DNA from: Candidatus Nealsonbacteria bacterium
GTDB taxonomy: Bacteria; Patescibacteriota; Minisyncoccia; Minisyncoccales; JAGGXC01
Length of the DNA stretch: 54,827 bases
Direction: 5' to 3'
Assembly (NCBI GenBank): GCA_026396195.1
Contig: JAPLXH010000001.1
Location: 1 to 54,827, forward strand
Shown: one piece after another, positions 6,297-15,684 of the stretch
Layout: each line of letters opens with the position of its first letter
Position numbering within the stretch: the first letter of the stretch is position 1
Notes under the pieces: model-generated
Database searches by the model: none
Seen by the model: only the letters and a program-made list of their open reading frames with translations
Told to the model about the DNA's origin: nothing
Made by a program: the position numbers and the translations under genes

Positions 6297-6367
6297 CTGC
6301 GGGGCTTGGACTCGAACCAAGATACATAGCTCCAGAGGCTATAGTCCTACCATTAGACGACCCCGCA
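6297..6367 (-). tRNA. tRNA-Gln (anticodon CUG)
   Basis: Hand-folded cloverleaf: acceptor TGCGGGG/CCCCGCA (U1-A72 as in Gln tRNAs), anticodon loop CTCTGGA, T-arm CTTGG-TTCGAGT-CCAAG. No encoded CCA. Confidence 0.9.
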
Positions 6368-6394
6368 ATGGTTCGATAAACTCACCACAAGTAA
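6368..6394. repeat. GC-rich element 5' of tRNA-Gln (ggttcgataaactcaccacaagta)
   Basis: Close match to 5900-5924, ggttcgggttagctcaccacaagta. Confidence 0.4.
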
Positions 6395-7303
6395 TCACAC
6401 TTTAAGATATTTTCTGATGGCAAGCAAGGCAGGAACTACAGACAAAGCCAAAGCGATTAAAAATTGAATTAAAAATAAACTTGACAGGTTTCCCTCAAAA
6501 TAATCTAAAAGATTAAATCCCGGGACTAAAATCGCTAATTTCGAAGAAAGAAAATAACATCCCAAGCTGAAAATTATAATTGTAATAATGGTGGCAACTA
6601 CTGCCGAAATTAATCCCTGAACCACGAAAGGGCCCCGGATAAACCAATTGGAAGCGCCAACAAGTCTCATTATAGAAATTTCTTCTTTTGAGTTGGAAAT
6701 TCCCAATCTCACGGTATTTAAAACTACCAATATCGCTAAAATAACTGAAATTAAAACGGCTAAAATCGAGGCTTTCTCAATGGCAGAGGTAATGGAAAAC
6801 AATCTGTTAATTATTTCTTTGTTTTGATAATAATTAATTTTATTTATAATTGCTTTAAAATTCGGGTTTTCTAAAAATTTAACTATTTGTTCATATTGAG
6901 AGGCCTGCCAAGCTTTAATGTTTAAATGGGCGGCAAGAGGATTGTCCCCTATTTCACTTAAAGATCCCATAATTATGGGATTGTCTTTGTGTTTTTGAGT
7001 AAAATCAGTTAAAGCTTTTTCTCTGGAAATATATTCAATATTTTTAACTTCAGAAATAACAGCAAGGTCACTTTTTACCTTTATCATCTCTTCTTCTTGG
7101 GCCTCTAATTTGAAATAAACGCTGATATCCGCTTTTTCTTCTAAAGAACTTATTAAAGAAGCGGTTAGCGCTTTAACGAAAAACAAACCCCCGATTAAAG
7201 AGGTGGATATTACCATTATAAAAACCGTGGCAAAAAATAAGCCCTTATTTCTCCACAAACCGTTCCAGCCAAATTTAAAAATTCTTCTTATTGCAATTAA
7301 CAT
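6395..7303 (-). CDS. ftsX: cell division permease FtsX
   Basis: Four-TM FtsX-like topology with a large loop after TM1. It directly follows and overlaps ftsE. Confidence 0.85.
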   Translation of the reverse strand: MLIAIRRIFKFGWNGLWRNKGLFFATVFIMVISTSLIGGLFFVKALTASLISSLEEKADISVYFKLEAQEEEMIKVKSDLAVISEVKNIEYISREKALTDFTQKHKDNPIIMGSLSEIGDNPLAAHLNIKAWQASQYEQIVKFLENPNFKAIINKINYYQNKEIINRLFSITSAIEKASILAVLISVILAILVVLNTVRLGISNSKEEISIMRLVGASNWFIRGPFVVQGLISAVVATIITIIIFSLGCYFLSSKLAILVPGFNLLDYFEGNLSSLFLIQFLIALALSVVPALLAIRKYLKV

Positions 7304-8052
7304 ATAAATCTGCCTTTTTGTTCATCTCTTATTAACTCGCCCTTGTCTAAGGTGACAACTCTTTTTTTAAGACCGTTAATTATTTCTTTATCGTGAGTAG
7401 ATAAAATAACGGTTGTCCCCATTTCCTGAATTTGGAGCAAAAGTTTAATTATATCTCTGGTATTATAAGGGTCCAGGTTGCCGGTCGGCTCATCAGCGCA
7501 AATCAATTCCGGCCTGTTAATTAAGGCTCGGGCTATCGCCGCTCTTTGTCTTTCTCCGCCGGAAAGTTCGTTGGGAAAATGATGAAAAAATTTGCCCAAA
7601 CCTACAATCTCTAAAACCCTGGGAACGTCCCGTTTAATTTCTTCATCGCTAAAACCCATCAATTCCATAACATAAGCTACGTTTTCATAAGCGGTTTTAG
7701 AAGAAATTAATTTATAATCCTGAAAAACAGCCCCAATCCTCCTTCTCATCAAGGGTAAGTGCGATGATTTTAATTTTTGAACTTCAATATTTTTAAAAAA
7801 AACTTGGCCTTGACTGGGTTTTTCTTCTCCTAAAAGAAGCTTGAGCAAAGTGGTCTTGCCAGCCCCAGATTTGCCGGCCAAACAAATAAATTCGCCCTCC
7901 TTAACATCAAAAGAAACGTCCTTTAGGGCTTGGATATTTTTAGGATAAATTTTGGTTATATTCTTGAAAGAAACCAAAATTTCTCCGCCCTGCCCTTGCT
8001 CTTGTTCTTCTTCTTTATTTATTAAGTTTGATTTCAGCTTTGATGAATTCAT
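7297..8052 (-). CDS. ftsE: cell division ATP-binding protein FtsE
   Basis: Walker [13 protein letters not shown] signature LSGGERQR, Walker [10 protein letters not shown]. Confidence 0.9.
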   Translation of the reverse strand: MNSSKLKSNLINKEEEQEQGQGGEILVSFKNITKIYPKNIQALKDVSFDVKEGEFICLAGKSGAGKTTLLKLLLGEEKPSQGQVFFKNIEVQKLKSSHLPLMRRRIGAVFQDYKLISSKTAYENVAYVMELMGFSDEEIKRDVPRVLEIVGLGKFFHHFPNELSGGERQRAAIARALINRPELICADEPTGNLDPYNTRDIIKLLLQIQEMGTTVILSTHDKEIINGLKKRVVTLDKGELIRDEQKGRFIC

Positions 8053-9125
8053 CTAAGTTGCCGTTTAAAACATCTTCGACTTTATTAGTTTCAAGATCGG
8101 TTCTCAGGTCTTTTACTAATTTATAAGGATGAATAACGTAAGACCTGATTTGATTTCCCCAGCTTTCCAAGCTTGAATTTTTTTTGTTTTTCGCGATTTC
8201 TTTTTTTTGAGATTCAATTTGCAATTGATAAATTTTGGCGTATAAAAGGTCCGTGGCTTTTTGACGATTTAATCCCTGAAGCCTTTCTGACTGGCAAGCA
8301 ACTTTGATTCCGGTGGGAAGATGAGTAATCCTTACGGCTGACTCCCTTTTATTTACATTTTGACCGCCAGGACCGGAAGCTCGAAAAACTTCCAATTTTA
8401 AATCTTCGGGTTTTATCTTAATTTCTGATTGTTCAATCTTTGAAATTTCCGGTAAAACCTCGACTAAAGCAAACGAAGTGTGGCGAAGGCTCTGAGCGGA
8501 AAAAGGAGAAATTCTTACTAATCTATGGACGCCGGCTTCTTTTTTTAAAATTCCGTAAGCGTAATTTCCTTTTATTTCCAAAGTTACAGATTTTATCCCG
8601 ATTCTTCCTTCGGGCCCCCCGCCCTCGCCAAAAGATTGGTGTAAAAATTTAATTTTAAATTGCTTTTTATGGCAAAATCTTTCATACATTCTTAAGAGCA
8701 TCGTTGTCCAATCCTGAGCGTCTTGCCCTCCGGCTCCGGCAAAAATAGACAAAACAGCATTTCCTTTATCGTGTTTGCCTGAAAGAAAAATCTTCGATTC
8801 TTCTTCTAAAATTTTCTGCTCTAAAAAATCTGTCCTTTCTTCTATTTCTTTTAACATTTTAAGGTCTGATTGCGCCAATCGATTCAACTCGACCAATTCA
8901 TTTATTTCATTTTTTATTTTCCAATAAGAGTTTGTTTCTTCTTTCAGAAAAGAAAGTTCTTTTATTGTTTTATTCGCCTCTTCCGGATTTGACCAAAAAG
9001 ACGGGCCTTGGTTTAATCTCTCTAACTCTTTAATCTTTTTGTCTTTTTTATTAACGTCAAAGACATTCCTCCAAATAGAGGATTTTATCTTTTAAATCAG
9101 CAATTTTTTCTTTAATTTCTTTCAT
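8015..9125 (-). CDS. prfB: peptide chain release factor 2, with programmed +1 frameshift
   Basis: Frame 0 runs ATG(9125)...GGAGG AA TGT CTT TGA C (TGA at 9059-9057). The +1 frame continues into ORF 8015-8896, which has SPF and GGQ (SGPGGQNVNK) motifs. Confidence 0.9.
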
Positions 9126-9194
9126 TCTAGAGATTATTTTAACAAAAAAAAGCTTAAAAGTAAACCTAAAAAACTAAAAGTCGAATTTGAATCT

Positions 9195-9269
9195 TGGAGC
9201 CGAGGAGAGGACTTGAACCTCCAACCTACGGTTTACGATACCGTTGCTCTGCCATTAAGCTACCTCGGC
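9195..9269 (-). tRNA. tRNA-Thr (anticodon CGU), CCA encoded
   Basis: Hand fold: acceptor GCCGAGG/CCTCGGC, anticodon arm ACGGT-ATCGTAA-ACCGT, T-loop TTCAAGT, 3' TCCA. Confidence 0.9.
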
Positions 9270-9285
9270 AAAATCTAAATTTAAG

Positions 9286-9356
9286 AGCGAGAGACGGGAG
9301 TCGAACCCGCGTCTCAACCTTGGGAAGGTCGCATAATGCCGTTATACTACTCTCGC
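9286..9356 (-). tRNA. tRNA-Gly (anticodon CCC)
   Basis: Hand fold: acceptor GCGAGAG/CTCTCGC, anticodon arm CGACC-TTCCCAA-GGTTG, T-arm GCGGG-TTCGACT-CCCGT. Confidence 0.85.
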
Positions 9357-9401
9357 CTATTATAACAAAGGAATTTGGGAAAGTATCATTAAGCCGATCA
9401 A

Positions 9402-9779
9402 CTAATCCCGCAGATTAATTTTTCCTAAAATTTTTTCCCAAATACTCTTCTCCTCGCTTCTATCTTCTTTGTTTTTTTCCGGCCAAACAATAATTACGCT
9501 TTTTTCTCCTTTTTTTTGATAAAGCCCTTTCTCTCTAAGAATCTTTTCGGTATAATTCAATTGCAGGGTTTTAGAAATGCCGGCCTTCAATTGCTTATTT
9601 TTTTCTTCTAAAACTTGGACTTCGTTTTTTAATTGAAAAACTCTTTTTCCTAAAGCCGTCCTTTCTTTTATTATTCTCCAATTTGAAATAATTAAAAAAG
9701 ATAGTATTATAATAAATAATAACGAATAAAAAAATATTTTCTTATCGGAAATTTTTTTATTCTGATAATTATTAATCAT
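9402..9779 (-). CDS. septum formation initiator family protein (FtsB/DivIC-like)
   Basis: A single N-terminal TM helix followed by a coiled coil (LKNEVQVLEEKNKQLKAGI). Confidence 0.6.
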   Translation of the reverse strand: MINNYQNKKISDKKIFFYSLLFIIILSFLIISNWRIIKERTALGKRVFQLKNEVQVLEEKNKQLKAGISKTLQLNYTEKILREKGLYQKKGEKSVIIVWPEKNKEDRSEEKSIWEKILGKINLRD

Positions 9780-9785
9780 AAAAAA

Positions 9786-9890
9786 ATGATAAAAATTAAA
9801 CCCAAAACTTTGTTTAGGGCCGTCTGGATTGTTTTAGTATCACTTGTCGTGATAAGCATGATCGGCTGGCTTTTTGCTTTCGCTTTATAA
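9786..9890 (+). CDS. possible 34-aa membrane peptide
   Basis: MIKIKPKTLFRAVWIVLVSLVVISMIGWLFAFAL has a basic N terminus and one hydrophobic helix. It lies in an otherwise empty gap and has no Shine-Dalgarno. Confidence 0.25.
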   Translation: MIKIKPKTLFRAVWIVLVSLVVISMIGWLFAFAL

Positions 9891-9975
9891 TTGAATCTTA
9901 ATAAATTTAGCTTTTTCTGGCAAGAAGAAAATTCTTGAATCAAAAAAAGAGGCTTGGCCTTCTTTTTTGTTTTTA

Positions 9976-11625
9976 TCAGCTTTTTTTAAACTGTTTCATA
10001 AGAGCAGACTTAATGGTTGACAATTCAGGAGATTTTAAAAGAAAACTTAGCACGGCATAAACTAAAATACCCGCCAAGCCGGCAAAAAAACCTTGCAAAA
10101 AAACGCCCTTAAAAGTACTCATGTTCACCAAGCTACCTATTAAAAAAAGAGTTGAATAAACAGAAATTACCATAAAAAAAGCGGATAATAAATTTTTTTC
10201 AAAAGAAAATAAAATTTCTTTTATTTTAAAATCGCCTACTTTTTTATAAAAAAACAACAAAAGCAATGCAGTTTGAAAAATTGCCGTTAAAGAAAAAGCC
10301 AAGGGCAAACCGGTTACGGAAATATCGCTGATTTTAGAAAGATCAAAAATAAAAGATATAAAATTTGAAACCAAGTTTGAAGTTTTAATAATTTGAACAA
10401 AAGAAAAACTTAGAAAAATATTCAAAATAACGCTAACTATTGTAATTAATGTCGGAGTTTTGGTGTCTTTTATGGAAAAAAAGGCTCGGCACAAGAGAGG
10501 ATAAATGGCTGAAAACAAAATACCGATGGTAAAAATTCCAAGACAAGCGGCGGTAAGCTGAGTATCCTCCCAATCAAATTTTCCTCTGTTCAATCCCCCC
10601 AAAACAACTCTCACTAATTGGGCCCGCAATAAAAACATTAAAACCGTAAAAGGAACTACCAAAAAAATAATTTGCCGGAAAGCGGAAGAAAAGCTTTCGA
10701 AAAACCCTTCTTTTTCCTTTTGGGCCCAAAATTTAGACAAAACAGGGAAGGAAGCTAAGGCAAAAGAAATCCCGATAATGCCTATCGGAATATTATATAG
10801 GTTGTTAGAAAAATTAAAAATAGCAATGCTCCCCACAATCAAAGTAGACGCTATAATTGTCGTAATAATTAAATTTATCTGCTGAATGCCTATGGCAAAA
10901 CAACGAGGAATCATTAATTTAAAAATTTCTTTCAGGGCCCTGTGTTTTAAATTAAAAATTGGTTTATATTTGAAACCGCAATATAAAACCGAAGGAATTT
11001 GAATTAAAAAATGAAAAAAAGCGCCGATAACCACTCCTATCGCCGCTCCGAAAATTCCGAAACGAGGAGATAAAACTACAATGCCGAAAATAATTCCCAG
11101 GTTATAAAATACCGGAGACAAGGAATAAACTAAAAACCGGTTGTGATACTGCAAAATACCGGAAAAAATGTTAGACAATCCCAATAAAATCGGACTTAAA
11201 AACATTAACCGGGCAAGCCTTACGACTAAAGCCATGTTTTCCTCAGAAAAACCGGGGGTAATAATTTTGACCAACCAAGGAGCAAAAATAAAAAAAATCA
11301 AGCTTAAAAAACAAAGAAAAAATAAAAAAACATTAAAAACATTGCTCGCCATTTCCCAACTTTTTTCTTTGTCTTTTTCGTAATATTCGGCAAATAAAGG
11401 TAAAAAAGCCACGGTAAGACCGCCGACAATTATAAAATTATAAACAAAATCGGGAATTAAAAAAGAAGCAAAATAAACATCAGTTTCCGAACCGGCCCCG
11501 AAGTAACCCGCCAGCAAACCATCCCTTATTAAACCTAAAAATCTGCTGATCAAAGCCGAAGCGCTTAAAATTCCGGCGGCAAAAGTTATGGTTTTAGTTT
11601 GAGAATTAAAAAAACGCTTTATCAT
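9976..11625 (-). CDS. murJ: lipid II flippase MurJ (MviN family)
   Basis: N-terminal SRFLGLIRDGLLAGYFGAGSETDVYFASF matches the MurJ signature. The protein is polytopic, about 14 TM. Confidence 0.85.
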   Translation of the reverse strand: MIKRFFNSQTKTITFAAGILSASALISRFLGLIRDGLLAGYFGAGSETDVYFASFLIPDFVYNFIIVGGLTVAFLPLFAEYYEKDKEKSWEMASNVFNVFLFFLCFLSLIFFIFAPWLVKIITPGFSEENMALVVRLARLMFLSPILLGLSNIFSGILQYHNRFLVYSLSPVFYNLGIIFGIVVLSPRFGIFGAAIGVVIGAFFHFLIQIPSVLYCGFKYKPIFNLKHRALKEIFKLMIPRCFAIGIQQINLIITTIIASTLIVGSIAIFNFSNNLYNIPIGIIGISFALASFPVLSKFWAQKEKEGFFESFSSAFRQIIFLVVPFTVLMFLLRAQLVRVVLGGLNRGKFDWEDTQLTAACLGIFTIGILFSAIYPLLCRAFFSIKDTKTPTLITIVSVILNIFLSFSFVQIIKTSNLVSNFISFIFDLSKISDISVTGLPLAFSLTAIFQTALLLLFFYKKVGDFKIKEILFSFEKNLLSAFFMVISVYSTLFLIGSLVNMSTFKGVFLQGFFAGLAGILVYAVLSFLLKSPELSTIKSALMKQFKKS

Positions 11626-11688
11626 TTATTTTTAATATTCTTGACGTATGACGTATATTGATTGTACGCATTTTTTTAAAAAAACAAA

Positions 11689-12108
11689 AGTCCAACTAGA
11701 CAGTAAGCCGAATTCTGTTTTCCCCGCTCGCAACTGCGTAGCTGTTGGCGGGGAACGGTAATCATTTATCTGGACCAAAAATTACTTTTTGGTTCTTGCG
11801 AACCACTTTTCCTTTTCGACAAATCCGGAGAATGTCGAAAAGTTTGTTCTTGCAGCCAATAAGGATTTTGCCGTTTCACCCCCAAGATTTCTCTCGGGAT
11901 TTACTCCCGTTTCCCCTAAAAAAGGGCTTTGCGGGAATAGTTTAACTCTTTCGAGTTAAACCGTCTCTGTTCGCACCTCTAGTCTTGCGACCGACGGCTG
12001 TTAGCCGCTATTTTTTTATCCCGATCATGACCGGGATGCTGTTCGGACTTTCCTCTCCCCAATTTTATCGGAGAGCGATTACCTAGTCTAGTTGGACTAG
12101 TTATAAAA
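11689..12108 (-). ncRNA. rnpB: RNase P RNA, bacterial type
   Basis: Minus strand has GGAGAGGAAAGTCCGAAC (P4 5' strand) and ACAGAATTCGGCTTAC (P4 3' strand). The P1 helix is AGTCCAACTAGAC/GTCTAGTTGGACT. Confidence 0.85.
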
Positions 12109-12132
12109 TAACAAAAAAACAACAAATGTCAA
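12104..12132 (-). promoter_or_regulatory. putative rnpB promoter
   Basis: TTGACA (complement of 12127-12132), a 16-nt spacer and TATTTT place the TSS at about the first base of P1. Confidence 0.35.
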
Positions 12133-12135
12133 TAG

Positions 12136-12579
12136 CTAAAACAACTTTTGAGAATATGATTTTTCATTAAGAGCTTGTTCGGCTAAATTATGGGCTCCCG
12201 TGTTTTTTTCCCGGCCGACAAAAACAAATTTAATTTTTTTAAAGTCAATTTTTAAATTCCAAACCAAAAGAAACAATGGTTGAATTTTTGAATCTAAAAT
12301 TTTATATTCTCCATTCAACTGGCTGACTAAAAGCTCTGAATCCGCTCTTAACTCGATATCGAGGTTTTTAATTTTATTTTTTCCAAAAAGAGCTTTAATT
12401 TTTTTTAAAGCAAGGATAACCGCCTGATACTCGGCTTCGTTATTGGTAAAATTATCTCCCAGATATTGAGAATATTTTTTTATAATTTCGTTTTTTTCGT
12501 TTAAAATTAAAACGCCGATCGCCGAAGGCCCGGGGTTTCCCCGGGAACCGCCGTCGGTATAGACAAAAATTTTTTCCAT
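12136..12579 (-). CDS. rnhA: ribonuclease HI family protein
   Basis: YTDGGSRGNPGPSAIG and NNEAEYQAVILAL are the catalytic D/E motifs of RNase H type 1. Confidence 0.8.
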   Translation of the reverse strand: MEKIFVYTDGGSRGNPGPSAIGVLILNEKNEIIKKYSQYLGDNFTNNEAEYQAVILALKKIKALFGKNKIKNLDIELRADSELLVSQLNGEYKILDSKIQPLFLLVWNLKIDFKKIKFVFVGREKNTGAHNLAEQALNEKSYSQKLF

Positions 12580-12587
12580 AAAATAAA

Positions 12588-13748
12588 TTATTTTTTAATT
12601 TTTGAAAAATAATCCACTAAACAATCTTTAAATTTTTCCAAGTTTTTATTGTTTACGGTAAAACCGGAGGCCAAAGGATGACCGCCAAAAGTCTCTAAAA
12701 GCTTTTCACAGCTCTTCATTGCGTCAACCGAATTTATGCCCTTGGGAGTTCTTACCGCCCCCCGGCTTATTTTTTCTCCTTTCCTGTAAACAAAAACCGG
12801 TTTTTGATAATCCCGACAAATTCTTGAAGCAACCGGTCCCATCAAAACTAAGGGCCAGTCTTCTTTCCCTTCAAACACAATAGGATAAGTATAATTTTTT
12901 AAAATTATTTTTTCTACCTCAAAAGTGATATCTCTTATTTTTAAATGCTTCTCGGCGCTTTTTACAATTAAATCTCTGACTAAATCTTCGGCCGTTTCTT
13001 CGTCTAAGGCGTTTAAAAGAATGTAGGATTCGGTTAAATGGTCTTTGGTTTCAGCCGCATTCATTACCGAGATTATTTTTTGAACCATCATTTTAATTTG
13101 TTTTGATTCTTTAACCTCGTCTATTTTCCAAAAGACTTTAAGCCCAGGCCTCACGGTTTCCGGTAAAAAGGATAGCCCCTCTTCGATTAAAATCATGTTA
13201 TCTTGAACCTGAGGCATCATGTCGGAAATGGTGGCTAATGCTGCAAGTTCCAATAAATTTTTCTTCAAAATTCCATTTAATTTTTCTTTCAAAAGAACTT
13301 CACTTAATTTATAAATAATGCCTGTAGTAGAAAAACCTTTAAAGGGGTATTTATCCCCTTTTTGTTTCGGGTCTATCACGATGGAAACCGAAGGAATTTT
13401 TTTCAGAATTTCGTGGTGGTCAATAATTATAACCTCAAACCCAATCTTTTTAGCTATTTTTACTTCTTTGAAGTTTCCTATCCCGCAGTCCAAAGAAATC
13501 AACAAAGCGGGAGCTAATTTTTTTAAATTACCCAAGGCCTGTTCGTTAATCCCGTATCCTTCTTTTTCTCTGTCGGGAAAATAAATTTTTTCTATTTTTC
13601 CGCCTAAGTTCTTAATGGACTCTTCTAGAATGATAACTGAACAAGTGCCGTCCAGGTCAGCGTCGGCAAAGAGAATAATTTTTTCTTTATTTTTTATCGC
13701 CTTTAAAATCCTTTCGGCCGTCTTTTTTAAATTTTTTATTTCCGCCAT
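12588..13748 (-). CDS. DHH/DHHA1 family phosphoesterase (RecJ-like)
   Basis: DADLDG, IIIDHH and GGHPLASG (DHHA1) motifs. Confidence 0.75.
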   Translation of the reverse strand: MAEIKNLKKTAERILKAIKNKEKIILFADADLDGTCSVIILEESIKNLGGKIEKIYFPDREKEGYGINEQALGNLKKLAPALLISLDCGIGNFKEVKIAKKIGFEVIIIDHHEILKKIPSVSIVIDPKQKGDKYPFKGFSTTGIIYKLSEVLLKEKLNGILKKNLLELAALATISDMMPQVQDNMILIEEGLSFLPETVRPGLKVFWKIDEVKESKQIKMMVQKIISVMNAAETKDHLTESYILLNALDEETAEDLVRDLIVKSAEKHLKIRDITFEVEKIILKNYTYPIVFEGKEDWPLVLMGPVASRICRDYQKPVFVYRKGEKISRGAVRTPKGINSVDAMKSCEKLLETFGGHPLASGFTVNNKNLEKFKDCLVDYFSKIKK

Positions 13749-13787
13749 GTTTTATTTTAACAAAAAATCAACTAAATAAAAAGTCCA

Positions 13788-13825
13788 AAAAAAATCGCCC
13801 CGCACTAATGAGGGTGATTTTTTAA
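13788..13825. terminator. hairpin terminator after pgk (A/T runs on both sides)
   Basis: aaaaaaaATCGCCCcgcactaatgaGGGTGATttttt. Confidence 0.5.
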
Positions 13826-13846
13826 TGATTAAAAAATAAATTTAAT

Positions 13847-15004
13847 TTATTTTAAAGCTTCGATTCCCGGCATTTTATCGCCGCAAAGAAATTTAAGCAT
13901 CGCGCTGCCTCCCGTAGAGATATGATCAAACTTATCCATCCAATCGAATTTTTGAATGGCTAAAATCGTATCTCCCCCGCCGGCAACCTTAAAGGCCTTA
14001 TAATTCCTGACGATTTTATCTCCGATTTCCCTGGTCCCTCTTTCAAATTTTTCCACTTCAAAATAGCCAAGCGGGCCCGCCCAAAAAATGGTCTTGGCTT
14101 TTTCAATTATTTTAGAATAAATATCAATTGTTTCCGGCCCTATATCGAAAATTTCTTCTTCTTTTTTAGCAGTGCCCAACCCTCCTATTCTTCGATAGCT
14201 CCAATCTCCGGCCAGAGAAAACAAAGCATCTTTTGGAAAATGAAGCTTTTTATCGGCAAAATTAATTTTTTTAGAAATGCGCGTTATTTTTTCATCGGAA
14301 AACGACTCGTCAATTAAAATTCCCTTGGCCGATAAAAGACTTTTTGATAAAAAACCATTAAGTAGCACGTAGTCCCCGATTTCTAAAAATTTCGGCAAAG
14401 ATTCAATTTTAGCTGATTTTTTACCTCCAATGACAATAACCAACGGTCTTTCCGGTTTTTCTTTAATTTTCGATAAAATTTTGATTTCTTTATCCAATAA
14501 CAATCCCGCTCCTTTTGGTAAAAATTTGGGAAGACCGACTATGGAGGCATGGGAACGATGGCAAGCCGAGAAAGCTTCGTTTAAATAAATATCTCCTAAT
14601 TTCGCTAATTTTTTGGCGAAATCGTTATCATTTTTTTTCTCCTCAGGATGGAATCTGACATTTTCCAAAAGCACCACTTCGCCCGGCTTCATTAATTCTA
14701 TTTCTTTTTCCGTTTGAGAACCGATACAGTCCGGTAAAAATTTAATTTTTATTTTTAATAATTTTTCCAATCTTTGAGCCACCGGTTTTAAGGTACACTT
14801 TTGAGGGTCATCTTCTTGTGGGTCTCCTAAGTGGCTAATTAAAATTATTTTTGATTCTTCTTTTATCAAATGCTCAATTGTGGGTAAAGCTGATTTTATT
14901 CTAAAATCATCAGAAATTCTACCCTGGTCATCTAAAGAAACATTAAAATCAGCTCTTACTAAAACTTTTTTGCCCTTGAGCTCAAAATCATTTATTGTTT
15001 TCAT
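13847..15004 (-). CDS. pgk: phosphoglycerate kinase
   Basis: KVLVRADFNVSL, AFSACHRSHAS and STGGSAMLKFL are characteristic PGK motifs. Confidence 0.95.
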   Translation of the reverse strand: MKTINDFELKGKKVLVRADFNVSLDDQGRISDDFRIKSALPTIEHLIKEESKIILISHLGDPQEDDPQKCTLKPVAQRLEKLLKIKIKFLPDCIGSQTEKEIELMKPGEVVLLENVRFHPEEKKNDNDFAKKLAKLGDIYLNEAFSACHRSHASIVGLPKFLPKGAGLLLDKEIKILSKIKEKPERPLVIVIGGKKSAKIESLPKFLEIGDYVLLNGFLSKSLLSAKGILIDESFSDEKITRISKKINFADKKLHFPKDALFSLAGDWSYRRIGGLGTAKKEEEIFDIGPETIDIYSKIIEKAKTIFWAGPLGYFEVEKFERGTREIGDKIVRNYKAFKVAGGGDTILAIQKFDWMDKFDHISTGGSAMLKFLCGDKMPGIEALK

Positions 15005-15009
15005 GTTGT

Positions 15010-15675
15010 TTATTGTTTGTTTTCTTTTGTTTCTTGATTGTTCTTTGAAAAAGGAACCTTTCCCAAAGAATCTTCTAAAACTTTCCTGAGGTCTGTTAAG
15101 CTTATTTCTTTTCTTTTGGGCTTGCTTTCTCTTTCAAAAGACCCGCCGGAAGGAGGTATGGGTTCGGGCAAATCGGTCTTTTTGGAAAAAGACCCGCCTC
15201 TTTCTTCCATGTTTTTTAAACAAGGCTTGCAAAAAACCGGTCGCTTGGGGTCAGGTTGAAAAGGAACCTTTACCCATTTTTTACAATTAGAGCACTGGGC
15301 GTCAAAAAGAACCGATTGCCCGGTTTTAACCAAAGGAACGGCAGATTTTAAAGTTCCGGTCCAACGGGCTATTTTTCCTTCCACGATTTCTCTGGGAGTA
15401 CTGTATCTTTCCCGAGAAACTTTAATAATTTTTTCACAAAAAGATTTCTTGGGCGCGACAAAAGGCGGAAGAGTAAGGGCCGAAAAAGGACGTCCCGCCA
15501 ACCCGTCAATCATTAATTTCAGATAAATATTATATTTTGCCAAATTAACTATATCTTCAGCGATAAACTGGGGAATAAATTCCTTTTCTAAATATTCGGC
15601 GTCCTCGGCTCCAACCCTGAAAGAAACAATCGTCCCAACGTTACCAAAAACCGCATCCCTCACTTCTTCTTCCAT
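15010..15675 (-). CDS. VirD4/TraD-like ATPase, C-terminal part with CxxC...CxxC zinc-ribbon tail
   Basis: RDAVFGNVGTIVSFRVGAEDAEYL continues the upstream ORF in frame across a TAA. The tail reads CSNCKKWVKVPFQPDPKRPVFCKPC. Confidence 0.6.
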   Translation of the reverse strand: MEEEVRDAVFGNVGTIVSFRVGAEDAEYLEKEFIPQFIAEDIVNLAKYNIYLKLMIDGLAGRPFSALTLPPFVAPKKSFCEKIIKVSRERYSTPREIVEGKIARWTGTLKSAVPLVKTGQSVLFDAQCSNCKKWVKVPFQPDPKRPVFCKPCLKNMEERGGSFSKKTDLPEPIPPSGGSFERESKPKRKEISLTDLRKVLEDSLGKVPFSKNNQETKENKQ

Positions 15676-15684
15676 TTGATTAAT

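Noticed and set aside
9057-9059. UGA reassignment (genetic code 25 or 4), as in some related candidate phyla
   Set aside because: RF2 is encoded with its UGA-dependent frameshift site. Several long ORFs also end cleanly at TGA (for example at 2427, 22399 and 45334) with terminators or hairpins just beyond.
9194-9418. 74-aa plus-strand ORF
   Set aside because: It is antisense to, and fully overlaps, tRNA-Thr and tRNA-Gly. Its high GC comes from the tRNAs.
11745-11945. 66-aa plus-strand ORF
   Set aside because: It lies inside and antisense to the RNase P RNA gene.
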